The notes under the pieces: model-generated | The model's database searches: none | Told to the model about the DNA's origin: nothing | The model's input: the letters and a program-made list of their open reading frames with translations, nothing else | Made by a program: the position numbers and the translations under genes | From: an uncultured Acidobacteriota bacterium | GTDB lineage: Bacteria > Actinomycetota > Acidimicrobiia > Spongiisociales > ZC4RG35 | Direction of reading: 5' to 3' | Assembly (NCBI GenBank): GCA_963778755.1 | Contig: CAVZVJ010000004.1 | Coordinates: 148,805 to 212,804, forward strand | DNA: 64,000 bases | In this document: one piece after another, positions 20,742 through 30,610 of the stretch | How positions within the stretch are numbered: position 1 is the stretch's first letter | Layout of the letters: every line of letters begins with the position of its first letter

Positions 20742-21841
20742 TCGAATGTCTCCTCCTCTTGGTTTTCGTTACCGGCCCCGGCCAGAGCCGAAGCCATGCC
20801 CGCATCGACATCTCGAGGGGTGTCCTCGAGTGGCCGACATGAACTCTTTTTCCAGGTCAGACCTACCCTGCGGCCAACCTGCTGGGCGGCTTCGAAGTGG
20901 TCTGCGGCCGCGTTCTGACTGGCGACTTCGAGAGTCGCACCATCCACCTGGACCCGGAATCTTGTGTACATGCCGAGATAGATCGCCTCGGTAACCACGC
21001 CCTCGACTCCGTAGGCATCAGAGGAGAGGACATCGGATGGCTCCCCGATCACGATCTTCTCGGGGCGCACGGTGAACGGATCGCTCGAACCAATGATCTT
21101 CTGGGCCAGAGCCCCGGCGACCACGTTCGACGTGCCAACAAAGCCGGCTACGAAGGCATTGCGTGGGTTCTCGTATACGTCTGATGGCGTCCCCACCTGC
21201 TCCACCTTCCCGTGATTGAAGACGGCGAGGCGATCACTCATGGTCAGGGCTTCCTCCTGATCATGGGTCACGTAGATGAAGGTGATGCCCACTTCCCGTT
21301 GCAGGGTTTTGAGCTCGAGTTGCATGGTCTGACGGAGCTTGAGGTCGAGAGCTCCCAGCGGCTCATCGAGAAGCAGGACCGACGGGCGGTTGATGAGCGC
21401 TCGCGCTAGGGCGACCCGTTGTCTCTGGCCTCCCGAAAGCTGACTTGGCTTGCGTTTGCCGAATTCCTGGAGATGGACCATTGCCAAGGCTTCGTGCACC
21501 CGTGTGGTCTGCTCGGCCTCGTCCACCTTGCGCACCATGGGCCCATATCCCACGTTGTCGGCGACTGTCATATGTGGGAAGAGGGCGTAGTCCTGGAAGA
21601 CGGTGTTGACGTCACGGTCGTAGGGGGGCAAGCCTGAGACGTCGTCACCGTGAAGCAGGACACGACCGCTACTCGGCGTCTCGAACCCAGCAATCATCCT
21701 GAGGCAGGTGGTCTTGCCGCTTCCAGAGGGACCGAGCATCGAGAAGAACTCCCCGTCGGCGATGTCGAGAGTCACACCGTTGACCGCCGGCACATCGCCG
21801 AACAGCTTGGTCACGTTGTCGAGACTCACGGCCACGGCCAA
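20738..21841 (-). CDS. ydcT: ABC ATP-binding protein YdcT/PotA-like
   Basis: [34 protein letters not shown]. Confidence 0.85.
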   Translation of the reverse strand: MAVAVSLDNVTKLFGDVPAVNGVTLDIADGEFFSMLGPSGSGKTTCLRMIAGFETPSSGRVLLHGDDVSGLPPYDRDVNTVFQDYALFPHMTVADNVGYGPMVRKVDEAEQTTRVHEALAMVHLQEFGKRKPSQLSGGQRQRVALARALINRPSVLLLDEPLGALDLKLRQTMQLELKTLQREVGITFIYVTHDQEEALTMSDRLAVFNHGKVEQVGTPSDVYENPRNAFVAGFVGTSNVVAGALAQKIIGSSDPFTVRPEKIVIGEPSDVLSSDAYGVEGVVTEAIYLGMYTRFRVQVDGATLEVASQNAAADHFEAAQQVGRRVGLTWKKSSCRPLEDTPRDVDAGMASALAGAGNENQEEETFE

Positions 21842-21937
21842 TTAGATCCTGACCTCCCAATGGTCGGAGGAGCCTATCTGGACGAAGTCAGCTCTGCCGA
21901 GGAGTAGGTTCGATGGGTTGGCCGACAAAGGAGCGAT

Positions 21938-22231
21938 ATGGCCAAATTCATCATCCTCGGCAATTACACGGCGCAGGGAATCGGGGCGATCAAAGGCGGC
22001 CCCGCCCGGCTCGATGCAATGCGTGAGGGACTGGCGGCGTTTGGGGTGACCATCGAAGACTTCTATCTGACTTTCGGTGAGTACGACATTGTGAGTGTGG
22101 TCGACGCCCCGGATACCGCCGCGGCGGCGAAAGCGCTCATGACCCTGGGCATGGCGGGCAACGTCAGCACCGTAACGATGGCCGCCCTCACCGAGTCTGA
22201 GTACAGGAAGGTCGTCTCCGAACTGCCCTGA
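21938..22231 (+). CDS. GYD domain protein
   Basis: FYLTFGEYDIVSVVDAPD; RBS AAGGAG. Confidence 0.85.
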   Translation: MAKFIILGNYTAQGIGAIKGGPARLDAMREGLAAFGVTIEDFYLTFGEYDIVSVVDAPDTAAAAKALMTLGMAGNVSTVTMAALTESEYRKVVSELP

Positions 22232-22267
22232 CCGACGGGACAGAACTGAGCACCACCTCTGGATGCA

Positions 22268-22299
22268 AAATGGGCCACCGCCGAGGCGGTGGCCCATTT
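22268..22299. terminator. Bidirectional intrinsic terminator-like hairpin
   Basis: AAATGGGCCACCGC-CGAG-GCGGTGGCCCATTT between convergent genes. Confidence 0.75.
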
Positions 22300-22317
22300 A
22301 CGTGTTCGATCAGAGGT

Positions 22318-23826
22318 TCAGGTCGTGGTGTCGGCCACGGAGGTGGTGCCGTATCCCTCTTCCTCGGGATTGCCGTGCTCACCGAGCGTCATAGCGAATT
22401 CCTCTTCCGGTGACAAGACCAGCTTGTTCCGGCCGGACAACCCGAAGTAGAGGATGCCGAGGACGAACCAGATGGCGACTCCGTACACGCCTGGTAGGTA
22501 GGCGTCGTTGAGGAATAGCGCGACCAGCGAGATCAGGGCGATGACCGCTGCCAATCCGGCGCCAAAAACACCCACCGGGCTTCGATAAGGCCGGTCGATG
22601 TTGGGCATCTTGCTCCGCAAGCGGATGAAGGAGAACATCTGCATCGCATAAGAGATGACTGCTCCAAACACCGCCATACTCAGCAGGGCGGCTCCCGCGG
22701 TGCCCGCAGACTGACTGTCGAGCAGCCAGGCCAACCCATAACCGACGACTCCACCGAGCAGCAGCGCAACATACGGGGTCTTCCGCTTCCCATGGGTGAC
22801 CGACATCCAGTGCGGGAAGTAGCCCGCTCTGGAGAGCGAGTAGATGTTGCGCCCGTAGGCATAGATGATGGTGTGGAAGCTAGCGATCAACCCGGTGAGG
22901 GCAAACAGTCCGAGGATCGCAGCATTGGTGTCACTGCCGAGCACCACCCGGAACCCGTCCAGCAGTGGCTCGCCTGCAGTCCTGATCTCCTCGGCGCCGG
23001 TGACACCGGTGTTGAGGAAGAGGACTCCGATGGCACATATGACCAGGGTCCACAGACCCCACATCGTCCCTCGTGGCACATCCCGCTTTGGATCCATCGA
23101 CTCTTCCGCTGCCAGGGGCAACTCCTCGATGGCCAGGTAGAACCAAATGGCGAAGGGCAAGGCGGCGAAGATCCCGGCCCAACCGAATGGCAGGAACGAA
23201 GTTCCGCCCGCGTCGGCGGCGATGTTGGTGAGCTTCGCGGAGTCGAAATCAGGGATCGCGAAGGCAAAGAACACCGCCAGCACTGCCAGGGAGATGATTG
23301 CGATCGCCACCGAGAATCGCATCGTGGCCTCGATCCCGAGGATGTTGAGCCCAACGAAGATGACATAGAAGATCAGCCACCACCAGCGCTGGGCGATGTC
23401 GACGTTGAACAACTCCTTGAAGACCGGTTCGGCGTAGGCGCCGGCGAACCAGACCACCACGGCCGGGGTGACTACATATTCGATGTTCTCGGCCAGGCCG
23501 GTGACGTATCCGCCCCAGGGGCCCATCGCCGAACGCGCAAACGAATAGGCGCCTCCGGTGTGGGGCATGGCCGGCGACATCTCCGCGATCGAGTAGCAGA
23601 GCCCGATGTACATCAGGGTGATCACCGCCGTGGCGATGAGGAGGCCGCCAAAACCGCCGACATCGAGACCGAAGTTCCAACCGGAGAAGTCACCGGAGAT
23701 GACTGCGGCCACTCCAAGCGCCCACAACATCCAGACTCCGGCGTGCCGTCTCAGGCCGCGCTGCTCGAAGTAGCCCTTGTCGACGTCCCTATAGGTGACC
23801 GAGCCGACCTTTTTTTCGGTCGACAT
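22318..23826 (-). CDS. eat: APC amino acid permease, ethanolamine permease (Eat)-like
   Basis: VISGDFSGWNFGL, MPHTGGAYSFAR, PFAIWFYLAIE, ASFHTIIYAYGR. Confidence 0.75.
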   Translation of the reverse strand: MSTEKKVGSVTYRDVDKGYFEQRGLRRHAGVWMLWALGVAAVISGDFSGWNFGLDVGGFGGLLIATAVITLMYIGLCYSIAEMSPAMPHTGGAYSFARSAMGPWGGYVTGLAENIEYVVTPAVVVWFAGAYAEPVFKELFNVDIAQRWWWLIFYVIFVGLNILGIEATMRFSVAIAIISLAVLAVFFAFAIPDFDSAKLTNIAADAGGTSFLPFGWAGIFAALPFAIWFYLAIEELPLAAEESMDPKRDVPRGTMWGLWTLVICAIGVLFLNTGVTGAEEIRTAGEPLLDGFRVVLGSDTNAAILGLFALTGLIASFHTIIYAYGRNIYSLSRAGYFPHWMSVTHGKRKTPYVALLLGGVVGYGLAWLLDSQSAGTAGAALLSMAVFGAVISYAMQMFSFIRLRSKMPNIDRPYRSPVGVFGAGLAAVIALISLVALFLNDAYLPGVYGVAIWFVLGILYFGLSGRNKLVLSPEEEFAMTLGEHGNPEEEGYGTTSVADTTT

Positions 23827-23981
23827 AAGACGTACCTCCCTTTCGGATACCGGGTGAGACTAGGAATCGGACCTGTGCCGGTGCTGGCTGGTTACCACAT
23901 TTTTCAGCCCTGCCGCAGGGCCGACGTTGAAGGCGCCGGCCTACTCTCTCCGAACCAATCGAGATCCGAGGAGCACGTCCT

Positions 23982-25361
23982 ATGCCAGTCCCGCCAGGCA
24001 TGATCAGCAGTGAGGAGTTGGAGGCCAGTGTCGGGTCCGGCGACATCGACACCGTCGTAGTGGCCTTCACCGACCACTACGGCCGGGTGCACGGGAAACG
24101 GTTCGATGCCAGCCACTTCCTCGAGGAGATCTCGGATCACGGGACCCACGGGTGCGACTACCTCCTGACGGTCGACATGGAGATGGAGCCCATTCCCGGG
24201 TACACCTACGCCAACTGGGAGCTTGGTTACGGGGACTTCCATATGGTTCCCGACCTTTCGACCCTTCGTCTCGCCACCTGGCTGGATCGCACCGCATTCG
24301 TACTCTGCGATCTAGAGGACCCGCGGACCCACGATCTGGTGACCGTGGCGCCGAGAACCATCCTGCGACGTCAGTTGGAGAAGGCCGCAGGTTCTGGTTT
24401 CACCGCGAAGGGCGCCTCCGAGCTCGAGTATTTCCTGTACGAAGACTCTTACCGCGAAGCCGCCGAGAAGAAGTATCTCGGCATGCGCTCGGCTGGTTGG
24501 TACATCGAGGACTACCACCTGCTGCAGGGCACGCGTGAGGAGTTCTACAACGGACAGGTGCGGCGTCACCTTGCGAGTTCCGGGATCCCGGTTGAGAACT
24601 CGAAGGGGGAGTGGGGCCGGGGTCAGCACGAGATGAACATCCGTTACGCCGACCTGTTGACGATGGCCGACCGTCATACCGTGATGAAGCAGGCGATGAA
24701 GGAAATTGCCGACGGCACTGGGGTCTCGATCACTTTCATGGCCAAGCCGGACATGTCGGAGGCCGGTTCTTCTTGCCACCTCCACGTCAGCCTTTGGAAC
24801 GGCGATGGGAGTGCGTTCCCCGGTGACCAGGTCTTCGGGCCGGTGCACGGGTCCGACACCTTCAAGTACTTCCTGGGGGGATGGATGTCACATGTCCCCG
24901 AGTTGATGGTGCTCTTTGCCCCGACCGTCAATTCTTACAAGCGATATCAAGACCTTTCGTGGGCGCCTACCCGACTCGCCTGGAGCTACGACAACCGGAC
25001 TGCCGGCTTCCGGGTGGTCGGCCACGACCAAAGCCTTCGTATCGAGTGCCGTATCCCCGGCGCCGACGCCAACCCATATCTCGCCTATTCGGCTGTCCTT
25101 GCCGCTGGCCTGGACGGAATTGCCAACAAGATCGAGCCACCGGACATATTCGAAGGTGACGTCTATCAGGCCCAGCAATTGCCCCGCGTCCCGTACACGC
25201 TGCGTGATGCCACCGACCTGTTCGAGTCGTCTGACTTCGTCAAGGAAGTGTTCGGCGCAGACGTGCAAGCCCACTACAGCCACTTCTTCCGGACCGAGCA
25301 GAAGGCGTTCGACAACTCGGTCACCGATTGGGAGCGCTGGCGATACTTCGAGCGGATATGA
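23982..25361 (+). CDS. glnA4: Glutamine synthetase-like gamma-glutamylamide synthetase (GlnA4-type)
   Basis: N-terminus GDIDTVVVAFTDHYGRVHGKRF...HGTHGCDYLL resembles Streptomyces GlnA4; GSSCHLHVSL, NRTAGFR, ECRIPGADANPY. Confidence 0.75.
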   Translation: MPVPPGMISSEELEASVGSGDIDTVVVAFTDHYGRVHGKRFDASHFLEEISDHGTHGCDYLLTVDMEMEPIPGYTYANWELGYGDFHMVPDLSTLRLATWLDRTAFVLCDLEDPRTHDLVTVAPRTILRRQLEKAAGSGFTAKGASELEYFLYEDSYREAAEKKYLGMRSAGWYIEDYHLLQGTREEFYNGQVRRHLASSGIPVENSKGEWGRGQHEMNIRYADLLTMADRHTVMKQAMKEIADGTGVSITFMAKPDMSEAGSSCHLHVSLWNGDGSAFPGDQVFGPVHGSDTFKYFLGGWMSHVPELMVLFAPTVNSYKRYQDLSWAPTRLAWSYDNRTAGFRVVGHDQSLRIECRIPGADANPYLAYSAVLAAGLDGIANKIEPPDIFEGDVYQAQQLPRVPYTLRDATDLFESSDFVKEVFGADVQAHYSHFFRTEQKAFDNSVTDWERWRYFERI

Positions 25362-26137
25362 GCGGGCGTCTGCAAGGCAAAGTTGCCCTGATCACCGGGG
25401 CCGGCTCGGGGATAGGTCGCGAGACCTCGCTCCTGTTTGCTTCTGAGGGCGCCTCTGTGCTTGCCGTTGATCTCAACGAGGAGGCGGTGGCCGAGACGGT
25501 GAGGCTCGTCCAGGCGGCGGGCGGTGAGATCTCGGCGCAAAGAGCAGATGTTTCCTCGGCGGAGGACAGCGAGGCGATGGTGGCGGCCGCAGAAGAGCGT
25601 TATGAGCGGCTCGACGTCATGTTCAACAACGCCGGGATCATGCACTCCGCCGATGACGACGCGGTGTCCACCGAGGAGAAGATCTGGGACCTCACCATGG
25701 ACATCAACGCCAAGGGGGTCTTCTTCGGTTGCAAGTACGGGATCCCAGCCCTTCGCCGGGCGGGTGGCGGGTCGATCATCAACACCGCCTCCTTTGTTGC
25801 GTTGCTCGGAGCCGCCACCCCTCAGGTCGCGTATACGGCATCGAAGGGAGCTGTATTGGCGATGACCAGGGAGTTGGCCGTGGTCCACGCCCGGGAGAAC
25901 ATACGGATAAATGCCCTCTGTCCGGGGCCGCTGCGGACTGAGCTCCTGATGAAGTTTCTGGACACCGACGAGAAGAAGCAACGTCGGTTGGTCCACATCC
26001 CCATGGGCCGCTTCGGCGAGGCGGCCGAGATGGCAAAGGCGGCGCTCTGGCTGGCCAGTGACGACTCGTCTTATGTCACTGGCACCGAATTCGTCGTCGA
26101 CGGCGGGATCACCGCTGCCTACGTCACTCCGGAATGA
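25358..26137 (+). CDS. SDR family oxidoreductase
   Basis: TGAGSGIG, NNAG, YTASK; overlaps the glnA4 stop. Confidence 0.92.
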   Translation: MSGRLQGKVALITGAGSGIGRETSLLFASEGASVLAVDLNEEAVAETVRLVQAAGGEISAQRADVSSAEDSEAMVAAAEERYERLDVMFNNAGIMHSADDDAVSTEEKIWDLTMDINAKGVFFGCKYGIPALRRAGGGSIINTASFVALLGAATPQVAYTASKGAVLAMTRELAVVHARENIRINALCPGPLRTELLMKFLDTDEKKQRRLVHIPMGRFGEAAEMAKAALWLASDDSSYVTGTEFVVDGGITAAYVTPE

Positions 26138-27564
26138 GCGAGCACCACCCTTTCGTCGATGGGGCCGCGCGACCCGGCTCGGCAAGCGAGGCATCGATCT
26201 ACAACCCGGCAACCGGCGAGCAGATTGCGAGCGTCAGCCGGGCCAGCGCCGATGACGTCGACCACGCCGTATCGGTGGCTCGTGATCGCTATGAGGAAGG
26301 GGTGTGGCGCCGGGCGACGGTGCGTCAGCGCCGTGATGTCCTGCGTCGAATTGCCGACCTGATTCGCAGAGATCAGGAACGTCTATCAGTTCTGGAGTCG
26401 ACGAACGCTGGAAAGCCGATCGCGGCGGCGCGAGGAGAGATCGGCGCCGTGGCCACCACCTTCGACTTCTACGCCGGGGCGGTGGACAAGATCCACGGTC
26501 AAACGATTCCGGGCAATGCGAATGGGACGTTGATGACCTTCCGCGAGCCGATTGGGGTCTGCGCCACGATCACACCTTGGAACTTCCCGATGCTGATCCT
26601 GAGTTGGAAGACGGCTCCAGCCCTCGCCATGGGCAATTCCGTCGTGGCGAAGCCGGCCGAGGTGACTCCACTGACGGCGCTGGCGCTGGCGGAGCTCGCC
26701 ATCGAGGCCGGGCTGCCCCCCGGTGTGTTCAACGTCGTCACCGGCCGCGGGTCCGAGGCCGGAGAGGCTCTGGTCCGTCATCGCAAGGTGAGCAAGATCT
26801 CGTTTACGGGCTCGACCGAGGTCGGGTCCGGGGTCATGGCTGCGGCCGCTCCCGACATCAAACGGGTTTCGCTCGAACTTGGCGGGAAGTCGGCCAACAT
26901 CGTCTTCTCGGATGCCGACCTCGAGGTTTGTGTCGAGTCCTCGATTTTCGCGGTCTATGACAACGCCGGTCAGGACTGTTGCGCTCGGAGCCGAATCCTG
27001 GTGCAGAAGCAGATTTTCGACGAGTTCAGCGACCGATTCGTCGATCGCGCCACAAGGCTGGTGATCGGCGATACCACCGACGAGGCCACCGAGATGGGTC
27101 CTCTGATCACTCCCGGCCAGCGGGAAAGCGTGGAGTCATACATCGGGATCGGACGCGACGAGGGGGCGACACTGATCTGTGGTGGCGAGCGGGTCGGGGA
27201 GGTCGGCAACTTCCTGTCCCCGGCGGTCTTCACCGGCGCCCGACCGGAGATGCGAATCGTCCAGGAGGAGATCTTCGGCCCGGTGGTGGCGCTGGTTCCT
27301 TTCGACGACGAGCAGGAGGCAATCGGACTGGCCAACGACTCGATGTACGGGCTTTCAGGGTCGATCTGGACCCGCGACATCGGTCGCGCCTTACGGGTGG
27401 CCCGGGGGGTGGAGACCGGGATGCTCTCGATCAACTCGTCATCGAGTGTTCATATCGAGGCCCCGTTTGGGGGCATGAAGGCCTCAGGGATCGGACGGGA
27501 GCAGGGGATGGTGGCCCTGGAGCACTACTCGGAGTACAAGTCGGTCTTCATCGCCAACGACTGA
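26134..27564 (+). CDS. Aldehyde dehydrogenase family protein
   Basis: PWNFP, FTGSTEVG, LELGGKS, GQDCCARSR, EEIFGPV. Confidence 0.93.
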   Translation: MSEHHPFVDGAARPGSASEASIYNPATGEQIASVSRASADDVDHAVSVARDRYEEGVWRRATVRQRRDVLRRIADLIRRDQERLSVLESTNAGKPIAAARGEIGAVATTFDFYAGAVDKIHGQTIPGNANGTLMTFREPIGVCATITPWNFPMLILSWKTAPALAMGNSVVAKPAEVTPLTALALAELAIEAGLPPGVFNVVTGRGSEAGEALVRHRKVSKISFTGSTEVGSGVMAAAAPDIKRVSLELGGKSANIVFSDADLEVCVESSIFAVYDNAGQDCCARSRILVQKQIFDEFSDRFVDRATRLVIGDTTDEATEMGPLITPGQRESVESYIGIGRDEGATLICGGERVGEVGNFLSPAVFTGARPEMRIVQEEIFGPVVALVPFDDEQEAIGLANDSMYGLSGSIWTRDIGRALRVARGVETGMLSINSSSSVHIEAPFGGMKASGIGREQGMVALEHYSEYKSVFIAND

Positions 27565-27566
27565 CC

Positions 27567-27947
27567 TCACCTAGATGTGATCAGGTGCCTGCCACGGGCT
27601 ACTCCGGAAGTGGGAGGGATCAGAAGTGCCAGCAAACCCAACGCGGTGAGCGGCACCATGACCATGATCAGTTGGGTTGGGAGCAATGCGAAGAACATCA
27701 TTCCGCACCATCCGAAGAACCTTCGACCTCGGGTGTGCCAGCGCCTGGGACCGTCGAAGCTGAGAAGAAAGACAACGCTTCCCACCAGCCCCACGACAGC
27801 GACTCCCAAGATCAACCACGGGGTCCAGAGTTGGTCGTAAGCCACTCCGGTCAGGGCGTCCCGCAAGACATTGGCGAAGACCCAGAAGGCGAAGAGGAAC
27901 ACCGTAAGTGCGATGAAACGGGCAAAGGTGGTCGCGACCGTCCGCAC
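27567..27947 (-). CDS. Hypothetical membrane protein
   Basis: 126 aa with about 4 hydrophobic segments; TAGACT -10 six nt before GTG. Confidence 0.65.
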   Translation of the reverse strand: MRTVATTFARFIALTVFLFAFWVFANVLRDALTGVAYDQLWTPWLILGVAVVGLVGSVVFLLSFDGPRRWHTRGRRFFGWCGMMFFALLPTQLIMVMVPLTALGLLALLIPPTSGVARGRHLITSR

Positions 27948-28105
27948 CCGGGCAGTCTAAGTCTCACCCGGTTGTCGTTCTATGGGTGAATCAGAGACGG
28001 GCCAGCAGCGAGCGGGCCCTGTCGATCTCGATCAGCGACCCCAGTCGCTCGAGGATTGGTTGCGCTGAACCTTCCGCATGGGATTTGGTGCATATTGCGA
28101 TCAGA

Positions 28106-28831
28106 ATGATGGAAGTGAGAATCGGTCTACTGGTTTGTGACCATGTGCGTCCCGAGTTCCGCGACATCTCTGGGGACTACGAGGACATGTTCCGCCGGCT
28201 GTTCGCCGACCACGACGATGTCGAAGTGGTGGCCTATGACGCGATCAACGGTGAGCTGCCCGCGAGCCCAAGCGAAGCTGACGCCTGGTTGACCACCGGG
28301 TCCCGACACTCGGTCAACGATGACGAGCCCTGGATCCGGGATCTCGAGAAGTTTGTCCGCGACGTGGCGGCGGCTGGCGTGCCCTTTGTCGGCATCTGCT
28401 TCGGGCATCAACTCATCGCGAAGGCGCTCGGCGGCTCGGTGGTGAAGTCGGACCGGGGCTGGGGTGTCGGCGTCCAAGAGGTGGATCTAAGCGAGGACCT
28501 CGGTTGGGGCGACTCGTATCGCGTCCTAACCAGTTATCAGGATCAAGTCGACTCGCTACCACCTGGAGCGGAGATCCTCGGTTGGAACGATCACTGTCCG
28601 GTCTCGGTGATGGGGGTCGGGTCGACCATTCTCGGGATCCAGGGTCATCCCGAATTCGAGCCTGCCTATTCGCAGGCTCTCATGGAATCCCGGCGGGGAA
28701 CCCTGATCCCTGAGGCGACTGTGGATGCCGGACTCACATCTCTGACGGACGAACCAGACGGCTCACAGTTGGCTGATTGGATCCTCGAGTTCATCGAGAA
28801 GGGTCGGACGACCTCGACTCGCCGTTGGTAA
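28106..28831 (+). CDS. Type 1 glutamine amidotransferase (possible gamma-glutamyl hydrolase)
   Basis: TTGSRHS, GICFGHQ, QGHPE catalytic motifs. Confidence 0.88.
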   Translation: MMEVRIGLLVCDHVRPEFRDISGDYEDMFRRLFADHDDVEVVAYDAINGELPASPSEADAWLTTGSRHSVNDDEPWIRDLEKFVRDVAAAGVPFVGICFGHQLIAKALGGSVVKSDRGWGVGVQEVDLSEDLGWGDSYRVLTSYQDQVDSLPPGAEILGWNDHCPVSVMGVGSTILGIQGHPEFEPAYSQALMESRRGTLIPEATVDAGLTSLTDEPDGSQLADWILEFIEKGRTTSTRRW

Positions 28832-28892
28832 GGGCGCGCCCGCCTATCGCCAGATATGATCCGACGGCCGCTTACAGATGTGGAGGAGTGCC

Positions 28893-29327
28893 TTGGTCAC
28901 CAAGAAGGACAAGCTCGAAAAGCTCGGCTCCGTCCCTCTATTCCATGGGCTGAGTCAGAAGGACCTCGAGAAGATCCTCGACCGGATGAAGGAGACGTTT
29001 CATGTCGCCGGTGAGAATGTCATCGACGAGGGTCGGGCGGGGATTGGCTTTCACCTGATACTCGAGGGTGAGGCTCACGTGCTCCGTCATGCCCGGGTCG
29101 CGGCCCGTCTCGGGCCCGGCGAGTTCTTCGGTGAGATGGCTCTCGTGGACGATGGCCCCCGGTCAGCGACGGTTCTCGCATTTTCGGACCTGACCACGGT
29201 CGTCCTTTCCAAGTGGGAGTTTCGCCCTTTGCTCAAAGATCATCCGGAGATGGCATGGAAGATGATCGAGCATCTGGTAGGCCGTGTTCGCGAGGAGCAA
29301 ACTGGCAGGGACGCCCTCGTCTGCTGA
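28893..29327 (+). CDS. Cyclic nucleotide-binding domain protein
   Basis: LGPGEFFGEMALVDDGPRSATV. Confidence 0.88.
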   Translation: MVTKKDKLEKLGSVPLFHGLSQKDLEKILDRMKETFHVAGENVIDEGRAGIGFHLILEGEAHVLRHARVAARLGPGEFFGEMALVDDGPRSATVLAFSDLTTVVLSKWEFRPLLKDHPEMAWKMIEHLVGRVREEQTGRDALVC

Positions 29328-29825
29328 TCAGTCGTCGTTCCGGATCTCGATCGCCAGTTTTCCATCCCACGACACCCGAACCTCGATGCGTGTGGCTTCG
29401 CTCTCGAACTCGACACGAACCTCAGGTGGCCCCTGCTTTTCGACATCGACGGTGAATCCGGCGGCCGGAGTTGCACCGTCGAGAACGACTTCTCCGGGGC
29501 GGAAACTAACCACGACATTTCCTCCTGCTGTCGGAATCGCCTTGACCTGCCAGTTCGCGGCCGTGCTTGTCGAGGTCGAACCGCCTGGCGTCGTCGGAGA
29601 TGTCGATCCTGAGCCTGGTTGCGTTGTCGAAGTCACCGGGGTCGAGGACGGAGTTGAGGTGGGAAGGGTGGTAGACCCACCCGGGGCGCTTGTCAGCGGG
29701 CTGGCGATCGGTGTCAACGGGCCCGGGCTGACCTGCTCGCCAGCGGCGGCGACTATCTGCCACGCGAGGACGGTTGTTAGGGCTGTTGCGGCCACCCAGA
29801 TGGCGACGAGCCCGAAGCGGTTCAT
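29328..29825 (-). CDS. Exported Ser/Thr-rich hypothetical protein
   Basis: N-terminal hydrophobic helix, S/T linker, C-terminal beta domain resembling that of 31882..32478. Confidence 0.7.
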   Translation of the reverse strand: MNRFGLVAIWVAATALTTVLAWQIVAAAGEQVSPGPLTPIASPLTSAPGGSTTLPTSTPSSTPVTSTTQPGSGSTSPTTPGGSTSTSTAANWQVKAIPTAGGNVVVSFRPGEVVLDGATPAAGFTVDVEKQGPPEVRVEFESEATRIEVRVSWDGKLAIEIRNDD

Positions 29826-29860
29826 GTCCGCATTCTCCCAGCGGAATCACACCGTGGAGA

Positions 29861-29888
29861 TCAAAGGGATATCAAGGTTTTCTCAAGG
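29861..29888. promoter_or_regulatory. Three TCAA(A/G)G direct repeats at 11-bp period (OmpR-type boxes)
   Basis: TCAAAG 29861, TCAAGG 29872, TCAAGG 29883. Confidence 0.65.
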
Positions 29889-29926
29889 CGTAGGCCTGGC
29901 GACCACTTCACCGATACCCTGACCGA

Positions 29927-30610
29927 ATGGCGCAAATCATCCTCATCGAGGACGACGTGGAGATCAGACGACTGGTTGCCGGTGCTCTCGCCAAGGAGGG
30001 TCACGACGTCGAGACCGCAGCCACAGCCATGAGCGGTCTGGAACTCGGAATCCAAAACAATCCAGACCTGGTGATCATGGACCTGGGCCTTCCGGATCTC
30101 GATGGCATCGAACTGCTCCGAATGATTCGGGCGATCAGCGCCGTCCCGGTGATGGTCATCACCGCCAGAGGGGCCGACGAGGCGGTGGTGCGCACTCTCG
30201 ACGCCGGCGCCGACGACTACCTCATCAAGCCGTTCTCGGTGGCCCAACTCCTGGCCCGGGTTCGGGCATTGTTGCGACGCGGCGGTCTTGCCGACGGGTC
30301 AGATCGGATCGCAGTTGGGGGTCTGGTCATCGATGTCTCGGCGCGAGAGGCAGTCCTGGACGGAGTGGCTCTCGATCTCAGCCCGAAGGAATTCGATCTC
30401 CTGCGGTCCCTGGCCGAGCGCCAGGGCGAGGTGCTCACCAAACGTGAGCTACTGGCCGAGGTATGGCGCGAGCCGTATGGCGGTAGTGAGCGAACGGTGG
30501 ACGTTCATCTCTCCTGGCTGCGAAAGAAGCTCGGCGAGACCGCATCCGAGCCCAAGTATTTGAGAACTGTCCACGGGGTTGGCATCAAGCTGGTTCTGCC
30601 GGACACATGA
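29927..30610 (+). CDS. OmpR-family response regulator
   Basis: IEDD, MDLGLPD, ADDYLIKPF, VDVHLSWLRKKL, TVHGVG. Confidence 0.95.
   Translation: MAQIILIEDDVEIRRLVAGALAKEGHDVETAATAMSGLELGIQNNPDLVIMDLGLPDLDGIELLRMIRAISAVPVMVITARGADEAVVRTLDAGADDYLIKPFSVAQLLARVRALLRRGGLADGSDRIAVGGLVIDVSAREAVLDGVALDLSPKEFDLLRSLAERQGEVLTKRELLAEVWREPYGGSERTVDVHLSWLRKKLGETASEPKYLRTVHGVGIKLVLPDT

Noticed and set aside
23885-23910. GlnR box upstream of glnA4/eat (GGTTACCACATTTTTCAG)
   Set aside because: Only one good half-site and the spacing is off; too weak to call.
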